In this document: positions 1 through 7,740 of the stretch, piece after piece
How positions within the stretch are numbered: the first letter of the stretch is position 1
How the letters are laid out: every line of letters begins with the position of its first letter
Assembly (NCBI GenBank): GCA_036389715.1
Contig: DASVWH010000110.1
Span: forward strand, 23,952-47,951
Length of the DNA: 24,000 nt
Direction: 5' to 3'
DNA from: Pyrinomonadaceae bacterium
Lineage (GTDB): Bacteria > Acidobacteriota > Blastocatellia > Pyrinomonadales > Pyrinomonadaceae
Position numbers and translations under genes: made by a program
The notes under the pieces: generated by a model
The model's database searches: none
What the model saw: only the letters and a program-made list of their open reading frames with translations
What the model was told of the DNA's origin: nothing

Positions 1-384
1 CTCAATATTGCCCGTCGCAACGGCCACCGGAATGACATCCAGCGTGTACTGCAAGGCCAGGCTGCGATTGGCCGCCAGCGTTCGCCCGTAGCGGAAAGCC
101 GCGATGAAGAACCTGCGGTCCCTGGCCTCTTCTTCGCGCAGCCCGCCGAAGATTCTAGTCGCCTTGAACCCGATTCCTCCCCAGAAACCGAACTCGTTAT
201 CGCCGCGCTTGAGGCTGTAGGGCGAATCCTGCGCGCCGCTGCGGGCGGTTGACGGGTGCGCGGCGGCCGTGTCGCCTGCGGGCAAGGCGCTCCCGGCCCC
301 GTCCTGCGCGCTCGCCGGAGACGCGCCCGCCGCCAGGATAAACAGAACTCCGATGATGATATTAGTCCGAATCAGTTGCTTCAT
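1..384 (-). CDS. Secreted/outer-membrane protein, N-terminal 128 codons only (gene runs off left edge); possibly a PagL-like lipid A deacylase / acyloxyacyl hydrolase beta-barrel
   Basis: Missing from the ORF track because it is open-ended. The reverse-complement frame is open from ATG at 384 to base 1. It reads MKQLIRTNIIIGVLFILAAGASPASAQDG..., with a basic N-terminus, a hydrophobic core and an ASA-Q cleavage-like site. It continues GDNEFGFWGGIGF...FRYGRTL...LQYTLDVIPVAV, an alternating aromatic/aliphatic pattern like small OM barrels. The family call is from memory only. Confidence 0.6.
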   Translation of the reverse strand, partial: MKQLIRTNIIIGVLFILAAGASPASAQDGAGSALPAGDTAAAHPSTARSGAQDSPYSLKRGDNEFGFWGGIGFKATRIFGGLREEEARDRRFFIAAFRYGRTLAANRSLALQYTLDVIPVAVATGNIE

Positions 385-408
385 GCTTCTCTCCGTCGCT
401 CGATTTGG

Positions 409-936
409 TTATAGCGTGCCGTCCGATTGCTCTTCCCTGTAAAGCCTGGTGTACTCGACGTAATTTTTCCAGTATCCGTCGAGGCCCGCGACCTCTTCAT
501 CCGTCAACCGTCGCTTGACCCTGGCGGGCACTCCGAGGACCAGCGAGCGCGGCGGGACACGCGTGCCGGGCGAGACGAGCGCCCCCGCGGCGACGATGGA
601 CTGCGCGCCGATACGCACGTCATCCATCACGATTGAGCCCATCCCGATGAGGCATCCGCGCTCGATGTAGCAGCCGTGCAGCGTCACGTTATGCCCGACC
701 GTCACTTCGTCTTCGAGGATGGTCGGGTGCGTGCCGTTGGTGACGTGCACGACCGTCCCGTCCTGGATGTTCGTCCGGCTGCCGATGCGTATGTAGAAGA
801 CATCGCCGCGCACGACCGCGTTGAACCAGACCGAGGACTGCTCGCCGATCTCGACGTCGCCGATAATCTGCGCGCTCTCTTCGATAAAAGCTGTCGGGTG
901 TATCTGCGGGCGCGTGCCGCGAAAAGGTCTAATCAT
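409..936 (-). CDS. Gamma-class carbonic anhydrase family / left-handed beta-helix (hexapeptide repeat) protein, YrdA/PaaY-like
   Basis: The product MIRPFRGTRPQIHPTAFIEESAQIIGDVEIGEQSSVWFNAVVRGDV...IGSRTNIQDGTVVH...VGHNVTLHGC is the typical gamma-CA-like signature. I chose the internal ATG at 936 (175 aa). The 31-codon upstream extension in the track ORF (to 1029) is Arg/Pro-rich and looks non-coding. Confidence 0.85.
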   Translation of the reverse strand: MIRPFRGTRPQIHPTAFIEESAQIIGDVEIGEQSSVWFNAVVRGDVFYIRIGSRTNIQDGTVVHVTNGTHPTILEDEVTVGHNVTLHGCYIERGCLIGMGSIVMDDVRIGAQSIVAAGALVSPGTRVPPRSLVLGVPARVKRRLTDEEVAGLDGYWKNYVEYTRLYREEQSDGTL

Positions 937-1287
937 ATGAGCTACGGCCGGTTCGGGATGGACTGCTGCCCTTTTACGGAGTGCCGCTGACTTCTTCGGA
1001 TAAAGCGGAAACGGTAACACGAGCCGCATCGGCTGGGCAAGGAAGCCACTCCGGGAAGGACGGACGAGAATCGCGCTCCCGCCGCTCGGCTTTGACGGCC
1101 CTCAAGAGCGGGCGACCCCGGACGGCGCGCGGCGGGCGGTTTTCCTTTTACCACGGCTTTGTCCCATAATGCCTGCGCGGCCCGAACACTCGCGCCCGAA
1201 TCCCGGCCTTCCAGGGCTGCGGAGGCGGACGAGAATCAGGCCGCTCTTACTTTGACGAACGCAAATCATACTTAACCGGAGGAAAAG

Positions 1288-1713
1288 ATGAGACGTAATG
1301 CTTCAGCGGTCTGGCAGGGTGGACTTAAGGACGGGCGCGGGACGATTTCGACCGAGAGCAAAGTCCTCTCCGAGACGCAGTATTCATTCAGCACGCGCTT
1401 TGAGGATGGAATCGGCACTAACCCGGAGGAATTAATCGCCGCGGCGCACGCGGGCTGCTTCTCGATGGCGCTTTCCGGGCAGCTCGGCAACGCCGGATTG
1501 ACCGCCGAGAGCATCAATACCACGGCGACGGTCAGGCTGGAGAAGACCGACGCCGGATTCACCATCACGAGCGTGCACCTGGAGGTCAGGGCCAGAGTTC
1601 CGGGCGCAGACCGGGCGGCCTTCGAGACGGCGACCAACAATGCCAAGGCGGGCTGCCCCGTCTCCAGGCTCTTGAAGGCCGAGATTACGATGAACGCGAC
1701 GCTCGACGCATAA
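1288..1713 (+). CDS. osmC: OsmC family peroxiredoxin (organic hydroperoxide reductase)
   Basis: The 141-aa product starts [21 protein letters not shown]... and carries both conserved Cys contexts ([12 protein letters not shown] and AKAGCPVS). A GGAGGA Shine-Dalgarno lies just upstream of the ATG. Confidence 0.9.
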   Translation: MRRNASAVWQGGLKDGRGTISTESKVLSETQYSFSTRFEDGIGTNPEELIAAAHAGCFSMALSGQLGNAGLTAESINTTATVRLEKTDAGFTITSVHLEVRARVPGADRAAFETATNNAKAGCPVSRLLKAEITMNATLDA

Positions 1714-1797
1714 GCGCGCCGCCGGACGCCCGGCTCGCCCGGTGCAGGGGGCGGGCCACAGGGCGGGCCCGGGAAGAAGGCCGGGCTCGACTGGGCG

Positions 1798-2274
1798 ATG
1801 GTTGAAAAAGTGGGGCTGATTTATAATCCCTCTATGGAAACGAAGAAAGTGCTGCCGACCACTCCGCTCGAAAAGCCTGACGAAATCGCAGACGACAGCG
1901 ATGCGCCGAAGAACTTTCTGATTCTGGTGGTTGATGACGTGACCGACAACCAGCTATTAATCAGCCTGGACCTGCAACACCTGGGTTACCGCGTAGTGAC
2001 GGCTTCCGACGGCGAGGAAGCCGTCAAGGTGGCCTCCCTGACGTTTCCGAACATCATCCTGATGGATTTATCCATGCCCAATATTGACGGGCTCGAAGCC
2101 ATTCGGAGAATCCGCGAAAACGAGGACCTGCGAAAGACTCCGATCATCGCGCTGACGGCCCATAGCACGGCCGGGTTTCGCCGCGCCGCACACGACGCGG
2201 GCTTTGACGGTTACCTGACAAAGCCCATCAACTTTGAGCGCCTGCACGACCTGATCCGCAGCCTGTTGCGCTAG
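1798..2274 (+). CDS. Single-domain response regulator (CheY-like receiver)
   Basis: Receiver hallmarks are present: LILVVDD, phospho-acceptor context [12 protein letters not shown] and LTKP. There is no output domain. The start is uncertain (ATG 1798 or ATG 1834) and neither has a clear SD. Confidence 0.85.
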   Translation: MVEKVGLIYNPSMETKKVLPTTPLEKPDEIADDSDAPKNFLILVVDDVTDNQLLISLDLQHLGYRVVTASDGEEAVKVASLTFPNIILMDLSMPNIDGLEAIRRIRENEDLRKTPIIALTAHSTAGFRRAAHDAGFDGYLTKPINFERLHDLIRSLLR

Positions 2275-2284
2275 ACGGAGGACG

Positions 2285-2869
2285 ATGAGCGTCAGATTGG
2301 TTCGGGGCACGGTACTCCTTTTGCTACTGCTCACGCTGTTGCTCGCGGCGGGCTGCGGCGGCTCTATCTACAGGGTCAAGCCAGCCGTCGAAGCACCCGC
2401 CGGGGAGGGCAGGAGCGCGACGGCCGGAGGTTTTAGCGTCCGCGCCGTGCCGCTCCTTGCCGACGAGGAGAGCCAGGAGCTGTTTGAAGCCAACCTGCCG
2501 CTCGCAGGACTCCTGCCCGTGCGGTTTGAGCTGAGCAACGAGAGCGGCCAGCCACTCTCATTCAAGCGCGTTCGTTTCCGGCTGCGAGATGCGGACGGGC
2601 GTGAGTGGAAGGTGCGCTCGCCCAAACAGGTGGTCTCGCGCATCCTGGATGCCAACGAGATTTACCTCTACAATCCGAACTCCCGCAAGAGGTTTGAAGA
2701 AGGGCTGGCCGCGCATGCCTTCGACGTGGCGACGCCGCTCGCGGCGGCCGGGCGGCGGCAGGGCCTGCTCTTCTTTCAGACGCCGAAGAAAGAGCAACTC
2801 ACCGTCCGTGGCCGCCTGGTGCTGGCCATCGAAGGTTTGCCGCAGCCCGTCGAGTTGGCTTTGAATTAG
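2285..2869 (+). CDS. Lipoprotein of unknown function
   Basis: GGAGGA SD precedes the ATG. The N-terminus MSVRLVRGTVLLLLLLTLLLAAGCGG is a signal peptide with an L-A-A-G-C lipobox. The gene starts 10 nt after the regulator stop, so co-transcription is likely. I do not recognise the family. Confidence 0.7.
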   Translation: MSVRLVRGTVLLLLLLTLLLAAGCGGSIYRVKPAVEAPAGEGRSATAGGFSVRAVPLLADEESQELFEANLPLAGLLPVRFELSNESGQPLSFKRVRFRLRDADGREWKVRSPKQVVSRILDANEIYLYNPNSRKRFEEGLAAHAFDVATPLAAAGRRQGLLFFQTPKKEQLTVRGRLVLAIEGLPQPVELALN

Positions 2870-2908
2870 GAGTGGCTTTGAATTGAAGCCCCAAGGTTAA
2901 CCGCGGGC

Positions 2909-3385
2909 GTGCTTAATCTGATGAGAGAGCCTAGTCTTCAAGAGCAATATTCGCCGCGGGGCGCCTGCTTCGGGTGCGGCCCGGCGAACGAGCGCGGCCT
3001 GCGGATTCGCAGCTTCGCGCAGGGCACGGAGGTCGTCTGCGACTGGCAGCCAGAGACTTACCATGAGGCGTATCCGGGGATGCTCAACGGCGGCATCATC
3101 GGCACGCTGCTCGATTGCCATTCAAATTGGGCGGCGGCCTGGCACTTGATGCAGCGCACGGGCTCGCAGCACCCGCCCTGCACAGTGACGGCCGCCTACG
3201 CCGTCCGGCTGCTGCGCCCGACTCCGACCGGCGGCGTGCTCAAGCTCGCGGCCAGGGTGGTCGAATCGGAGGACGACCGCGCCGTCGTCGAAGCAGAGTT
3301 GAGCGCGGGCGGGAAAGTCTGCGCGACGTGCCGCGGGACCTTCGTCGCGGTCAGGCCGGGCCATCCGGCCTATCATCGCTGGTAA
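2909..3385 (+). CDS. Hotdog-fold thioesterase, PaaI-family-like, with N-terminal CxxC motif
   Basis: The motifs CFGCGPANERGLRI...YPGMLNGGIIGTLLDCHSNWAA...VESEDDRAVVEAEL...G.FVAV match the pattern of PaaI/4HBT-type thioesterases. The track start at 2909 is GTG; an alternative ATG lies at 2921. Confidence 0.75.
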   Translation: MLNLMREPSLQEQYSPRGACFGCGPANERGLRIRSFAQGTEVVCDWQPETYHEAYPGMLNGGIIGTLLDCHSNWAAAWHLMQRTGSQHPPCTVTAAYAVRLLRPTPTGGVLKLAARVVESEDDRAVVEAELSAGGKVCATCRGTFVAVRPGHPAYHRW

Positions 3386-3662
3386 CGGCACGCCGCCGAA
3401 ACCCCTTCCAGAGCCGCAATTATCCGGTCTCACACGGGCCGCCTCCCCTTAAAAAAAAACCGGCAGCGGTCCTTAGAATGTTCTTAACCGTACCGACTCC
3501 GTCCTTTGAGAGAGCTTACACTGCATTCTTAATAGTTTGGATTAGGCTGTCGCCAGGGCTGGAGTGTTTCCGTCCATAATCCTTCGATTTGTTCCCGACT
3601 ACAATAGCGTCTCAGAAACGCTGAAGTTACTTGAACTAGTTTGATCCTCACAGGTAATCTTT

Positions 3663-4103
3663 ATGCTGCACGATCAAAACTACATTCGCGTCCCCGTCAC
3701 TGCCGATGGCCCCTCGGCCGTCAAGCAGACGCGGCCCGCGGCCCGGACGATCATGGTCGTCGAGGACGATGACGATAGCCGTTTTATGATTAGAACCCTG
3801 CTGGAATTGAAGGGGTATCAGATCGTCGAAGCGCGCGACGGGCGGGAAGCCATCGAGTTGGCCGAGAGCGCACGGCCCGGACTAATCCTGATGGATTTAC
3901 AACTGCCGCGCCTCAATGGATTTGCCGTCACGCGCCAGCTGCGCCAGCATGACACGCTGTCCGATGTGCCGATAGTCATTCTTTCCGGCCATGACCCGGC
4001 CAAACACGGTGCGCTGGCGCGCGCTGCCGGGTGCAATGAATATCTGACCAAGCCGATTAACTTCGAGCTGCTCAACAAAGCGCTCGTCCGGCTCCTGCCC
4101 TGA
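3663..4103 (+). CDS. Single-domain response regulator (CheY-like receiver)
   Basis: Receiver residues IMVVEDDDD, LILMDLQLP, ILSG and LTKP are all present, with no output domain. The start is uncertain (3663 or the ATG at 3753). Confidence 0.85.
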   Translation: MLHDQNYIRVPVTADGPSAVKQTRPAARTIMVVEDDDDSRFMIRTLLELKGYQIVEARDGREAIELAESARPGLILMDLQLPRLNGFAVTRQLRQHDTLSDVPIVILSGHDPAKHGALARAAGCNEYLTKPINFELLNKALVRLLP

Positions 4104-4153
4104 GCTTAAGGCCGGAGCCACGGGACCCTCTGCCCGGCAATCAACGGGGCGGC

Positions 4154-4705
4154 CTATTCACGGTCGCCCGCCGTCTCGTCGCCCTCTTCATTCTCGTCGC
4201 CTTCTTCGCCCTCGTTGCCTTCGTCGCTCGCGGGCTCGAACTCGCTCATCCTGGCCAGCAGCCACTCCCTGAAGGTTTCGGCTTCCATCCCTTTGCCGGT
4301 CCAGCGCGCGCGGTCGAACATGACGAGCGCCATCATCAAGGCGTGATGCTGGCCCGCGCGGTCCTGCGCCAGCTCGAACTGGCGATAGAGACGGTCTATC
4401 AGCTCGACGCTGCTTTGCGCCGTCTCTGCGTCCTTGAAGCCGAGCTTGTTGGCAAAGAACTTCGAGTAGACGTTCATCGGGTGAGCGGTCGAGGTGTAGA
4501 GATCGAAATAGCCGCTCATCAATCCGGCTTCCTGCAAGATCGAGCCGACGTAGCTCGGCCTGGAGCCCGTGATAATCGCCAGGTCTTCAATCTCATTCAT
4601 CCCCGAAAGGTACAGTGAGATGATCTGATCCTTCTTGCTCGGACGACGCTGGCGCTGCTGCTGTGCGCGGCCGGGCTCGCCCTCCCGCTTCACCCTTGAA
4701 CTCAT
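4154..4705 (-). CDS. Hypothetical protein with basic N-terminus, possible helix-turn-helix segment and strongly acidic C-terminal tail
   Basis: I chose the ATG at 4705 (MSSRVKREGE...) because a GGAGGAG SD precedes it on the minus strand. The tail reads EPASDEGNEGEEGDENEEGDETAGDRE. The family is not recognised. Confidence 0.6.
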   Translation of the reverse strand: MSSRVKREGEPGRAQQQRQRRPSKKDQIISLYLSGMNEIEDLAIITGSRPSYVGSILQEAGLMSGYFDLYTSTAHPMNVYSKFFANKLGFKDAETAQSSVELIDRLYRQFELAQDRAGQHHALMMALVMFDRARWTGKGMEAETFREWLLARMSEFEPASDEGNEGEEGDENEEGDETAGDRE

Positions 4706-4893
4706 CAAACTCCTCCTCTGAACAATCCGGTCAACGCACCTGCGCCCGGCGTGCACGCTCTCGCGCCCTCCGGCCCAACTGAAGGTCACACGGGCACCGT
4801 CAGGTCGGACGCGAAGGGTTAGACGGCGCGCGTGACATGATGCGGCGGCGAGCGTTTAAAGGATGCGTGCCGCCCTGCTGCGCCCGTGCGCGA

Positions 4894-5106
4894 CTATTTC
4901 CCGGCCTTCTTGCCGGGCTTACGGTCGCCCTTATCGCCCTGTCCCGGCGGGGCTATCGTCTTGGCCTTGCGCTTCATGTCCTGCGAGAGCGAGCGGCCGA
5001 CATCAACGACCTCTTCAAACCGGCCCTGATTATCGCGCCGCACGTAGCGCTTGTCCGTCCCCGTGTCTATCAATTCACGCTTGCGCGTACCCTTCTTGGT
5101 CGCCAT
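4894..5106 (-). CDS. Small (70 aa) highly basic protein, unknown function
   Basis: A strong SD (GGAGGAAACAG-ATG) precedes the start. The product MATKKGTRKRELIDTGTDKRYVRRDNQGRFEEVVDVGRSLSQD... ends in a Lys/Gly-rich tail. It lies 78 nt downstream of ligD on the same strand. Confidence 0.6.
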   Translation of the reverse strand: MATKKGTRKRELIDTGTDKRYVRRDNQGRFEEVVDVGRSLSQDMKRKAKTIAPPGQGDKGDRKPGKKAGK

Positions 5107-5184
5107 CTGTTTCCTCCGTTCGTTTAGTTATCCGGCGTCTGCGTCTTCACACGCCGGAGGGTTTCGCCTCTCTGTGAGAGGACT

Positions 5185-6804
5185 TCAAGAGGAGTTCGCC
5201 GAGGGCTTCGCCTTTGTCCGGCCCGCCTTGCCGTTCAGTGCTTCGAGCGCATCGCCGAGGTCCTGCCTTTCGGTCAGGACGGGCCCGAAGAGGTCGCCGC
5301 GATGAGCGATTCGCCTGAGCATGTTCTTGATGGTGAAATCCTGGATGGTCAGCTTCTTGCGCTTGACCTCGCTCCATTCGAGCGGGGCGGAGACGGTCGC
5401 GCCCCTGCGCGGGCGCACAGAGTAAGGCGCGACGACCGATTTGCCGCGCGCGTTCTGCATATGGTCCAGGTAGATTTGGCCGCGCTTGCGTCCCTTCAAA
5501 GAGCGTTCGACGGTCGCGATTGACGAGTTCTCGGCGGCCACCTGCGTCGCGATTCGCTCGGCCAGTTCCGCCACCTCCAGATAACTGTAAACGGGCTTGA
5601 TGGGCACGTAGACGTGCAGGCCCCTGGAGCCTGAAGTCTTCGGATAGCCCTTGAGGCCGAGCCGGTCGAGGACATCCTTGACGGCCAGCGCCAGCTCGCA
5701 GATGGTGCTGAACTCGATGCCTTCTCCGGGGTCCAGGTCGAAGACGAGCCAGTCCGGGTGCTCCGGGTCCTGCACGCGAGAGTGCCAGGGATGGCGCTCT
5801 ATCGCGCCGAGGTTCGCCATGTAGAGCAGGCTTGCCAGGCCCCCGCCGACGATGTAATCCACAGCATGCCCCTGGACGGCTTCCAGCTCGGCCGTCCGCA
5901 CGTAACCGGGCGCTTCGTCAACATCATGCTGGTGAAACGAGCCGCCCGCGATGCCATCGGGGTAACGCTTCATAATCAGCGGCCGGTCTTTGAGATAGGG
6001 CAGAATGTATTTCGAGACCTCGTAGTAATAGCCGATGAGGTCGCCCTTCGTGTAGCCTTCGTCCGGCCAGTAAACCTTGTCCAGATGCGTCAGCGAGACG
6101 ACCGCCTCGCGCCCGGCCCTGACGTTGAGATCGCCCGCGAGGTTCCCCGTCTTGAAAGCGCGGCTCGCCGGGATGGCTTTGGAGTCCGGCTGCCGCTGCT
6201 CCTTGACGCCGTGCTTGACGACGGCCTTGCGGGCCGCGCCCGTGCGCCGCCCGGCGGCCTTTTCCCTGCGCTCGAACTCACCGCCCGCGTCATCCGTCGG
6301 CACTAGCAAATCCAGCTTCCAGCCGGGCCGCGCAAATTCGTCGCGGCTCTTAATCAGCAGCCATTGATTCTCCCTGCTGCCCATGCGGACGAGGTTGAAC
6401 TCGCCTGCGAGCTTGCGCCCGCTCAGGCGGAACTTGAGCTTGCCCGCGGCGAGCTGCACGAGCGGGTCGTCGCCGACGGTCAGCTCATACTCGCCTTCGT
6501 CCCAGATCATGTGCTCGCCCGCGCCGTAGTTTCCGGCGGGGATGTGTCCCTGGAATCTCAGATATTCGACGGGATGGTCTTCGGTGGGAACGGCGAGCCG
6601 CTTTTCAGCGGGGTCGAGCGAAGGGCCTCTACGGATGGACCAGGATTTGAGAACGCCGCCCATTTCGAGCCGGAAATCGAAGTGGAGCATCGAAGCGTGA
6701 TGCTCCTGGACGACGAAGCGCCGCCCGTCGCTCTTTGAGAGCTTGCCCCTGGGCTCTGGCGTCTTCCTGAAATCCCGCTTTTGATGATAGGTCTCAAGCC
6801 CCAT
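5185..6804 (-). CDS. ligD: LigD-type NHEJ protein with N-terminal 3'-phosphoesterase domain and C-terminal polymerase/primase domain; no ligase domain
   Basis: The PE signature is YHQKRDFRKTPEP...RFVVQEHHASMLHFDFRLE..GVLKSWSIRRGPSLDP...EDHPVEYL. The Pol signature is LTHLDKVYWP..GYTKGDLIGYY...LVFDLDP...KTSGSRGLHVYVP...YLDHMQNARGKSVVAPYSVRP. No K-x-D-G adenylation motif occurs anywhere in the 539 aa. Confidence 0.9.
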   Translation of the reverse strand: MGLETYHQKRDFRKTPEPRGKLSKSDGRRFVVQEHHASMLHFDFRLEMGGVLKSWSIRRGPSLDPAEKRLAVPTEDHPVEYLRFQGHIPAGNYGAGEHMIWDEGEYELTVGDDPLVQLAAGKLKFRLSGRKLAGEFNLVRMGSRENQWLLIKSRDEFARPGWKLDLLVPTDDAGGEFERREKAAGRRTGAARKAVVKHGVKEQRQPDSKAIPASRAFKTGNLAGDLNVRAGREAVVSLTHLDKVYWPDEGYTKGDLIGYYYEVSKYILPYLKDRPLIMKRYPDGIAGGSFHQHDVDEAPGYVRTAELEAVQGHAVDYIVGGGLASLLYMANLGAIERHPWHSRVQDPEHPDWLVFDLDPGEGIEFSTICELALAVKDVLDRLGLKGYPKTSGSRGLHVYVPIKPVYSYLEVAELAERIATQVAAENSSIATVERSLKGRKRGQIYLDHMQNARGKSVVAPYSVRPRRGATVSAPLEWSEVKRKKLTIQDFTIKNMLRRIAHRGDLFGPVLTERQDLGDALEALNGKAGRTKAKPSANSS

Positions 6805-6973
6805 CTTGATCCCCCGCCGGTCAGTAGGCCGATCAACTGCGCGATAGCTTATCCGATTTATCGTTTAATTCCAATACAGTTAAAATACATGACTGTCTAC
6901 TTATGACTCACTGCGGCCAGGCCAGCGAATCCCGCGCTGCTCATTGCAAGCGAGAGGCCGCGAAGAGCTGCGG

Positions 6974-7546
6974 CTACAACTTCCTGAGCACGCGCTTGAG
7001 CAGGGCGAAGTCCTCTTTGACCTTCCGGCCGAGGTCTTCCCTGTAGAACCTGACGGCCGGATGATAGCCGACCAGGTAGCTGCGCCCCTCATGCTCGATG
7101 ATGCGCCCGCGCGCCTCGTTGACGCTCTTGACGCCGAGCATCCTTCTGGCCGCGACGAGGCCGAGCAGCACGACGAGCTTCGGATTAATCAGCTCGATCT
7201 GCTCGAAGAGATAGTTCGAGGTGCAGGTTTCGACTTCCAGGCGCTTGGGGGTGCGGTTCTTCGGCGGGCGGCATTTGACCGTATTGGTGATGAAGAAGTC
7301 TGCACGGCTGATGCCCGTTCCTTCGAGCACGTGATCCAGGTAGCGTCCGGCCGAGCCGACGAACGGGTGGCCGCTCTCGTCCTCTTCTTTGCCCGGCGCT
7401 TCCCCGATAATCATCACTTTCGCGGACAGCCTGCCGTCGCCCGGCACGGCCAGGGTACGCGACTCGTGCAGAGGGCACTTGATGCAGACGCGAATCTGCG
7501 CCGCCAGTTCTTCGAGCCTGCCCGCCCTCCTCGATTTCGCCATCAT
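6974..7546 (-). CDS. Uracil-DNA glycosylase, family 4 (Fe-S type)
   Basis: Family-4 motifs are present: CIKCPL...[26 protein letters not shown]...[15 protein letters not shown] chose the ATG-ATG at 7546/7543, which follows a GAGGGGGAG SD-like stretch. The longer track ORF (to 7624) only translates the heptad repeat array. Confidence 0.85.
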   Translation of the reverse strand: MMAKSRRAGRLEELAAQIRVCIKCPLHESRTLAVPGDGRLSAKVMIIGEAPGKEEDESGHPFVGSAGRYLDHVLEGTGISRADFFITNTVKCRPPKNRTPKRLEVETCTSNYLFEQIELINPKLVVLLGLVAARRMLGVKSVNEARGRIIEHEGRSYLVGYHPAVRFYREDLGRKVKEDFALLKRVLRKL

Positions 7547-7590
7547 CTCCCCCTCGACGAACCGCAAGGCTTGCAATTTACCATTATGGG

Positions 7591-7641
7591 TAAATAGTAA
7601 TAAGGGTAAATAGTAAATGGTCAATCGTGAATAGTAAAAGC
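7591..7641. repeat. Heptanucleotide tandem array A (T-N-A-A-T-N-G units on the + strand)
   Basis: Read directly: TAAATAG TAATAAG (GG) TAAATAG TAAATGG TCAATCG TGAATAG TAAAAGC. Bases 7607-7627 are the exact reverse complement of 7686-7706. Confidence 0.9.
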
Positions 7642-7685
7642 CGGAGGGCGGCGGCGGCTTTCAGCAATCGCCCTTAATCTATTTC

Positions 7686-7740
7686 CGATTGACCATTTAC
7701 TATTTACCATTGACGATTGACGATTTACTATTCACTGCTA
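7686..7740. repeat. Heptanucleotide tandem array B (C-N-A-T-T-N-A units), inverted copy of array A, ending at the ligase start codon
   Basis: Read directly: CGATTGA CCATTTA CTATTTA CCATTGA CGATTGA CGATTTA CTATTCA CTGCTA, followed by ATG at 7741. There is no purine-rich SD between the array and the ATG. Confidence 0.9.

Noticed and set aside
937-1029. Longer 206-aa form of the gamma-CA-like protein
   Set aside because: The extra 31 residues (MRLVLPFPLYPKKSAALRKRAAVHPEPAVAH) are not part of the conserved family N-terminus, which begins close to MIRPFRG.
3115-3579. 154-aa plus-strand ORF bridging the thioesterase gene and the intergenic region
   Set aside because: It is out of frame with the thioesterase it overlaps, its product is Arg/Gly/Pro-rich, and it reads through an obviously non-coding AT-rich stretch.
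7547-7740. N-terminal extensions beginning MTIYY on both the glycosylase and ligase track ORFs
   Set aside because: Both arise from translating the inverted heptad arrays. Conserved protein sequence and better start contexts begin at 7546 and 7741.
7591-7740. The inverted-repeat pair as a MITE or insertion-sequence remnant
   Set aside because: There is no transposase and I see no target-site duplication. The arms are themselves tandem heptads, and a third array at 15544 lacks a full partner. A dispersed-repeat origin cannot be excluded without the whole genome.
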